Positions 6,453 through 11,775 of a stretch of DNA of 11,775 bases are shown piece by piece (positions within the stretch are counted from its first letter, which is position 1; every line of letters begins with the position of its first letter). The notes under the pieces were generated by a model. The model was given only the letters and a program-made list of their open reading frames with translations. It made no database searches and had not been told where the DNA came from. A program made the translations under genes and the position numbers. This stretch comes from Deinococcales bacterium (lineage in GTDB: Bacteria > Deinococcota > Deinococci > Deinococcales > JAAFIG01): the NCBI GenBank assembly GCA_031414595.1, contig JANNVX010000110.1, forward strand, positions 1-11,775, in the 5' to 3' direction.

Positions 6453-8294
6453 ATGAAGTCAGTCCGAATGTTTTTACTGCTCTTGTGTTTTTTCTCGAGT
6501 CACGCAGTTGCCAAGTCATTTACTTTTTCTAACATCGAGCAGGATGTGTATTTTGAAGCCAATGGACGTGTTCGGGTGATTGATACCCGCACCTATGATT
6601 TTGACGGAGATTTTAGCAAAGCCTACCTAAATGTGGATTCTCGAGGCTCAGTCAAATTTGAAGGCGTACAAGCCCTTGATGGCAAGGCGTTTTATGGGTT
6701 TATCATAGATGGCAACACGATTAACTGGTCGTATGCCGCCAGCGACGAGCAACGCCAATTTCGGATTATTTATTCAATGGCAAATGAACTCGATGTTGCC
6801 CAAGATGGCGCAAAATTTGACCGCCAAATTCTCGAGCCAGAACATGTGGCGGTTGGCAATTACACCGTGCGGCTTCATGCCCCAAATGGTTCACCCGACC
6901 CGTTTAAGGTTTTTGTGTTTTCCAGAAATGCGCGGCTTGGCACACTGAGTTTTGATGACCCAAAAGGCATTGCCACCATCAGTATGCAAAATGTATCCGA
7001 GGATGAATGGGTGCGTACTTTTGTGCTGTTACCGGCTGGTCAGTTTTTGAATCGCAATTTAGAAGGCAACCAATTACCAACATGGCTCGAGGGCTTAAAA
7101 CTCGAGACGGCTGCTTTTCGCAATGCCTCAGCGCAAGCCATCGCAAGAGGAGGTTTTGCCCCGCCACCGCCGCCGCCGCCAGCTTGGTTACTGGCATTGC
7201 CTTTGGTGGGGGCATTGTTTTTTGGTGGAACGATTTGGAACACCTACCAAAAATACGGACGTGAGCCAAACATCCCCGAAGTCGGCAGGTATTACCGTGA
7301 ACCTGCACAGAATATCCCGCCGGGCATCGTTCCGTATGTCATGGGGATCATCAATCCGGGCAGTGGGGCATTGGGGGCAGCCATCAGTGCAACCTTAATG
7401 GATTTTACCAGACGCGGTTTTCTCGAGCTACGCAAAGGGCAGACCAGTGGCTTTTTGGGTATGGGCAAAAAAGAAGAGGTTCAGTTTGAACTCGCCAAAC
7501 GCCCGCAGGACGGCGAATTAACCGATTTTGAAGAAGAAATTTGGAACATTGTTAATCGCGCCAGAGGTTTTGATAACATTGTTACCCAAACCGAATTAAA
7601 AACCTATTTCGCCATGAGTTCAAGCAGTTTACAAACACTCTCGAGTCTGCCGCGTCAGTGGTACGAAGATAAATTTGGCGCATTGCTCGATACCTCCGAC
7701 AGCAGCAAAACCACACCGATTATCGTCGCCGCTTTTATCCTTGGTTTACTGACTTTTTTTGCTGCCTTGTTCTTTGTGATTGAATCAAGTCCAGCTTTGG
7801 GTTTTATGCTGGCAGCCGCCGGAATGCTGACTTTACTGGGTGGAATTCTAGCCAGTATCTCCTTATCTCGGTGGAACGCCGATAAGTTACTCAATGCCAA
7901 ACGCTGGAGTGCTTATAAGAATTTCTTGCTCGATTTTTCACAAATGGAAACCGCCCCAGCCGAACACCTAAAACTCTGGGATTATCATTTTGTCTACGCC
8001 ACTGCTTTAGGGGTTGCCCAACCGTACTTAAAGAACTTACGCACCCTAGCCGAGCGTTACCCACAGTATTATCACGCGCCGTACTGGTTGCCAGCTTCGT
8101 ATTACAGCAGCAATGTATCTGACTTAAATAACCTCTCGAGTCAATTGGCGGCGGTCAACAGTTTAGCCAGTTTGTCCAGTAACCTCAGCAGCTTAGAAAG
8201 TGCCTTATCAAGCAGTTCTGGCAGTGGTGGAGGTTTTAGCGGCGGTAGTTCTGGCGGCTCGAGCGGAGGTGGTGGCTCGAGTGGTGCAAGCTAA
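6453..8294 (+). CDS. DUF2207 (YciQ-like) predicted membrane protein
   Basis: Signal peptide (..HAVA), beta-rich extracellular domain, Pro7 linker and TM helices. Motifs AISATLMDF.RRGFL, W.AYKNFL.DFS and LWDYHFVYATALGV, plus a Gly/Ser-rich C-tail. Adjacent to lemA, a common pairing. Confidence 0.88.
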   Translation: MKSVRMFLLLLCFFSSHAVAKSFTFSNIEQDVYFEANGRVRVIDTRTYDFDGDFSKAYLNVDSRGSVKFEGVQALDGKAFYGFIIDGNTINWSYAASDEQRQFRIIYSMANELDVAQDGAKFDRQILEPEHVAVGNYTVRLHAPNGSPDPFKVFVFSRNARLGTLSFDDPKGIATISMQNVSEDEWVRTFVLLPAGQFLNRNLEGNQLPTWLEGLKLETAAFRNASAQAIARGGFAPPPPPPPAWLLALPLVGALFFGGTIWNTYQKYGREPNIPEVGRYYREPAQNIPPGIVPYVMGIINPGSGALGAAISATLMDFTRRGFLELRKGQTSGFLGMGKKEEVQFELAKRPQDGELTDFEEEIWNIVNRARGFDNIVTQTELKTYFAMSSSSLQTLSSLPRQWYEDKFGALLDTSDSSKTTPIIVAAFILGLLTFFAALFFVIESSPALGFMLAAAGMLTLLGGILASISLSRWNADKLLNAKRWSAYKNFLLDFSQMETAPAEHLKLWDYHFVYATALGVAQPYLKNLRTLAERYPQYYHAPYWLPASYYSSNVSDLNNLSSQLAAVNSLASLSSNLSSLESALSSSSGSGGGFSGGSSGGSSGGGGSSGAS

Positions 8295-8390
8295 GCCCCA
8301 CACTGGCGGCGTATTTAAGACCCACACAGCATTTTTTGAGATAATGCGCTACGCTCTACATGCAAATTATTCGTCCTTCGCCCTCTCTCA

Positions 8391-8426
8391 GAGCTTTTAG
8401 CTCACAGCTAGAAGCTCATTAAGGAG
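8391..8426 (+). promoter_or_regulatory. 11-bp hairpin followed by the lemA Shine-Dalgarno
   Basis: GAGCTTTTAGC-TCACA-GCTAGAAGCTC (8391-8417, one G-U pair). AAGGAG at 8421-8426 lies 5 nt before the ATG. Confidence 0.55.
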
Positions 8427-8431
8427 TTCTC

Positions 8432-8980
8432 ATGGGTCCAATTATTGTTCTGGTGGTTGTTGCGCTACTTGTGGTCTTTGCGATTGGTGTTTTTAATAAC
8501 ATTGTTTCACTCGAGAATCGTGTGGCTAATGCTTTGGGGCAAATAGATGTACAACTCAAAAAACGCTCTGATTTAGTGCCGAATTTGGTCAGTACAGTTA
8601 AAGGCTACGCCGCCCATGAAACCAGTGTTTTTGAAAAAGTCACAGAAGCCAGAAGTAAATTAGACAATGCCAGTGGCATCGAAGATAAAGCCGCCGCCTC
8701 GAGTCTGCTGTCTGGCGCACTCCGCACAGTTTTTGCGGTGGCAGAGGCCTACCCAGACTTAAAAGCCAATCAGAACTTTATTCAATTGCAAACCGAACTC
8801 GCCGATTTAGAAGATAAAATTGCTTACAGCCGCCAGTTCTATAACGACACCGCCCTCGAGTTTAACAATTCGATTACCACTGTTCCGGGCGTATTCTTTG
8901 CAAATCCGATGCAAAAGACTAAGAAAACCATGTTTGAGGCAAGCGAGGGCGATAAAGTCGTGCCTTCGGTAGCATTTTAA
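8432..8980 (+). CDS. lemA: LemA family protein
   Basis: N-terminal TM helix; motifs IDVQLKKRSDLVPNLV..VKGYAAHE, AVAEAYPDLKANQNF.QLQ.EL and EDKIAYSRQFYND; strong SD. Confidence 0.97.
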   Translation: MGPIIVLVVVALLVVFAIGVFNNIVSLENRVANALGQIDVQLKKRSDLVPNLVSTVKGYAAHETSVFEKVTEARSKLDNASGIEDKAAASSLLSGALRTVFAVAEAYPDLKANQNFIQLQTELADLEDKIAYSRQFYNDTALEFNNSITTVPGVFFANPMQKTKKTMFEASEGDKVVPSVAF

Positions 8981-11637
8981 GCCAGTTGTAGTAGCTTTGT
9001 GCTTTGCAACAACAGCATCGTGGTTTCTAAACCACGTTCAAGCCCTCGAGTCGTGGCGCGTTGGAAGTTTTCTTGCCCGATTCGTTGCTGTAAGTACATT
9101 TGTGTCTGACTGAGGAGTGTTTTAATTTCATGATTGCTTTGGGGGTGATTCAGTGCCAAGCCTAAGTATTCGCAAGCACTGAACAGTTCATTTTGACCGA
9201 CAAGAACATGAGCAAAACCTGCCAGAACCTCGAGTTGTAAACGCTGGTCATGGAGTTCTCGAGCCAGAGCAAGGGCTTTTAAGTAATAGTCTTGGGCTTG
9301 GGTAAACTGACCTAAAGTGACGGCAATATGTCCAAGCTGAATTTGGATATAACTGGCATCACGGTTGGTGGCTAAGTCTTTACAAATGGCTAGGGCTTCT
9401 AAAAAAAGTTCTTGAGCTGTATCTAACTCCCCAGCTTTCATTTCGATTCGCCCTAAGTTGGTGAAATGTAGAATCTGCCCAAAACGATTTCCAATTTTTT
9501 GGGAAATCTCGAGGGCTTCGGTCTGGCAAGCTCGAGCGCTGGCAAAATCTTGACGCTCAGCCGCCACACTGCCCAAGGCACTCAAAATTAGGGCAATCCC
9601 ACTGACCGAAGCCGTAGGACGCAGAATTGTAAGCGATTCCTCGAGTAACCTAGAAGCCTTAGCTAAATCACCACCAATCATCATTTCGGCTTGTCCTAAC
9701 CAAGACATGGCAATGGCTCGAATAAATTTATTTTGGGCTAAATCCACCGTTTCTTCGCAAACTTGGTGCATTTCTTGAAAATGTCCTAGGCGATTTAAGG
9801 AACGCGCCCAGATGTTACGGGCTGAACCCAGTAAATCTAAGTCATTGAGTTCTGTGGCAATGTCCATACTTTTTTGTACGCTCTGGATTGAAGTATGTAA
9901 ATCACCGAGCATTTGTTGTAATTGCGCCAATGACATCCAAGCATTACAAAGTAAGTGGCTGATTGGCGCTGGATTATCTTGTAGACTGGCTTTAAGCCAA
10001 GTGATACCTTCGCGCAGTAAACCACTACGAATCCAAAACCCACTCAAAGCGGTAGCTAATTCCATTAAAAAATTCTGATCATTGCCTGCTTGCGCCCATG
10101 TTAAGGCGGTGCGTAAATTATCCAATTCGGCTTCTAAAGTAAGCAATAACGTCTGTTCAAAAGCGTGTAACTTGTGGTTATTTTGTTCAACAAAATCCAA
10201 ATAATAGCCAGCATGGGCATGGGCAACTTCTGCCCAATCGTTTTCGACTAAGCGCAATTTTTCGGCAGCGTATTCCCTAATCAGTTCATGCAAACTAAAA
10301 CGCCCAGCGCTAAAACGCAGTAAACTTTTTGAAGTTAAACTCAGCAAATCGCGGTTGCCAATGCCCGTGATGGTCATGGCGGCTTCTTTACTAAAACCAC
10401 CCCTAAAAATAGACAAGCGCCTTAAACTGCGTTGCTCGGTGGCAGATAACAACTGCCATGAATAAGCAAAAGTCGCCCGTAAACCCGCTTGACGTGGCGG
10501 TAAATCGCTTAAGCCACCTTCAAGAAAATCGAGGCTTTGTATAATTTCATGTTCAATATCGGCAATGCTCATGGCTCGCATCCACGCGGCTGCCAGTTCT
10601 AAAGCCAAAGGCGCACCAGCCAGTAACACACAGACTCGAGCCGCCGCATCTTGTTCGGCTTGGTTGGGTTGCCATGCTCTGTGTCGTCGCACTGCTGCCA
10701 CAAATGCCAGCCCAGCCCCCGTCTGCATCAGTTCTGCCCCAGACTTTGGCAGGCTTAAACCACCCAGTTCAAGCACATGCTCAGCCCGAACCTCGAGACG
10801 GGTTCTCGAGGTAAAAAGCAGGGTCAAGTGCGGGATGGTACAGAACCGAAGCGCAAATTCTCGAGCCGTATCTATACAATGCTCAACATTATCAAGCACC
10901 AAGACCAAACGATTTTCTCGGCGCATTAAGGCATCAAAAAGGTTGTCTTCTAAGGCATTACTGGACATAAAACCAAGCCCTAAAGCCGAGATAACACTCG
11001 GCGCGAAACTACTATTGGCTTGCAGACCGACCAAAGGCACAAAGACCACATCGGTATTTGTGGCTAAGCCGCGAACCGCTTCAAGTGCCAGACTGGTTTT
11101 ACCAATGCCGCCAATGCCCATGACGGTGACTAAGTTATTCTCGAGTAACCATGCACGCAATAAACCCAGTTCGGTCTCGCGTCCTAAAAGTGGGGTTAGG
11201 GCTTGTGGCAAAACAAAACGCGAAGCCGCAGGTGCAACTTTGGCAGCCACTTGGGTCAGTCGCCCAAGCGCCAAGATTATTTCTTCAGACAGAACTTCAC
11301 CAAGCTCGAGTAATTCACGTTCAAAACGCGCCACCATCTTTTCGGCACGGGAAACCTGATTTGCTTCACCCGCCAAACGAATAAATTCAAGCAGAATTAC
11401 TTCGTCTAAAACCCCTAAGTTCTCGAGTAAATCCAGCCCCTCGAGTGGAGAACTGGATTTAACCAAACGCAGGGTTATGTCACGGCGACCAGAGGCCATA
11501 AATTCTCGCTCTAAGGTCAGCCACGCCCCAAATTCGCTGTCGTTCGGCACAACCCCCTCGAGCAGAGTTCCATGCCCCAGTTGCAGCGCCTCGCGTTCAC
11601 GCCCAGACTGGAGCGCAGCCTTAAAATCCAGCAAATC
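8977..11637 (-). pseudogene. AfsR/SARP-like regulator (BTAD + NB-ARC STAND ATPase + TPRs), 5'-truncated by an IS630-like insertion
   Basis: Begins abruptly at DLLDFKAAL..ALQL..G.LLEG..EFGAWL..ERE, the start of a BTAD domain. Then Walker A GIGGIGKT, Walker B VLVLDNVE, TSR, GAPLALELAA, LHELIREYA and many TPR-like repeats. The usual N-terminal wHTH is absent, and the frame is closed upstream by TAA at 11649-11647 within IS sequence. Confidence 0.8.
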
Positions 11638-11775
11638 ATACCAACTTTAGGTAGATAATAAGGAATGTCAAGATTAGGCACACCTCTAACCGCCCACCAT
11701 ACGACTGAAGAACTCGAGAAACACTACAAACAGTGCAAAGATGCCAAAGAAAAAACTCGTCGCCAAGTGATATGG
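11636..11775 (+). mobile_element. Left end of an IS630-family element
   Basis: TCATACCA at 11636 resembles IS630-type ends and coincides with the break in the STAND gene. A transposase-like ORF starts 29 nt later. The exact boundary is uncertain by a few bp. Confidence 0.7.
11665..11775 (+). CDS. IS630-family transposase N-terminus (partial, runs off the right edge)
   Basis: MSRLGTPLTAHHTTEELEKHYKQCKDAKEKTRRQVIW matches the remembered H.s.EELe..Yr..kD..e+.+.q.IW pattern of IS630 HTH N-termini. Confidence 0.8.
   Translation, partial: MSRLGTPLTAHHTTEELEKHYKQCKDAKEKTRRQVIW

Larger units (their letters stand above)
456..11718. repeat. Dispersed, highly iterated palindrome CTCGAG (about 70 copies)
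   Basis: Manual count is about 70 copies, for example at 456, 595, 629, 702, 790, 3422, 3547, 4104, 7086, 7101, 8258, 8276, 11422, 11440 and 11713. About 3 are expected for a random 6-mer in 11.8 kb. Confidence 0.95.

Noticed and set aside
8190-8291. Low-complexity GGC/AGC-rich sequence as a DNA repeat element
   Set aside because: It encodes the Gly/Ser tail normal for DUF2207 proteins.
8360-8422. 20-codon uORF MQIIRPSPSLRAFSSQLEAH ending in the lemA SD
   Set aside because: No SD, and the candidate -10 is only 4 nt upstream, too close for a leaderless start. Probably chance.
9646-10634. About 1-kb gap with no CTCGAG inside the STAND gene as a sign of foreign DNA
   Set aside because: With about 70 gaps averaging ~170 bp, one gap of this size is not clearly significant, and the ORF is continuous.
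515-11384. Long antisense or overlapping ORFs (515-1027, 2295-2915, 5187-5702, 10565-11359 and others)
   Set aside because: These are shadows of well-supported genes on the opposite strand and have no motifs.
8977-11637. STAND ATPase-TPR gene as an Avs/NLR-like anti-phage system
   Set aside because: The N-terminus is BTAD-like, typical of transcriptional regulators. No nuclease, TIR or SIR2 effector and no defence genes nearby.
1-11775. Composite transposon bounded by the two IS ends
   Set aside because: The two elements belong to different apparent families and each interrupts a resident gene. The cargo is housekeeping-like with the native CTCGAG signature. A contig broken at repeats is more likely.

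Overview
Bacterial chromosomal segment of roughly 45-50% GC, probably Deinococcota (inferred from a -10 box sitting directly before several start codons and from the protein families). The minus-strand block holds an HtrA/DegQ protease, an FtsB/DivIC-like protein, a translationally coupled 71-aa ORF and a Zn-ribbon Ser/Thr kinase. The plus-strand block holds a META/HslJ protein, an ABC-F ATPase with a long C-terminal extension, a DUF2207 membrane protein and LemA. A convergent BTAD/NB-ARC/TPR (AfsR/SARP-like STAND) gene follows. Both window edges run into the start of apparent insertion sequences: IS4-like on the left and IS630-like on the right. Each appears to truncate the neighbouring gene. 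Two features stand out. (1) The palindrome CTCGAG occurs about 70 times by manual count (about 3 expected) and in all three codon phases, like a HIP1-type highly iterated palindrome. (2) A three-layer nested non-autonomous insertion at 5911-6258 (GTAG-REP arms, a 299-bp MITE with 15-bp TIRs and a CATA duplication, and a 182-bp GC-rich palindrome) appears to have cut a Pro/Lys/Arg-rich tail off the ABC-F gene. All family calls come from reading motifs; no database searches were run.
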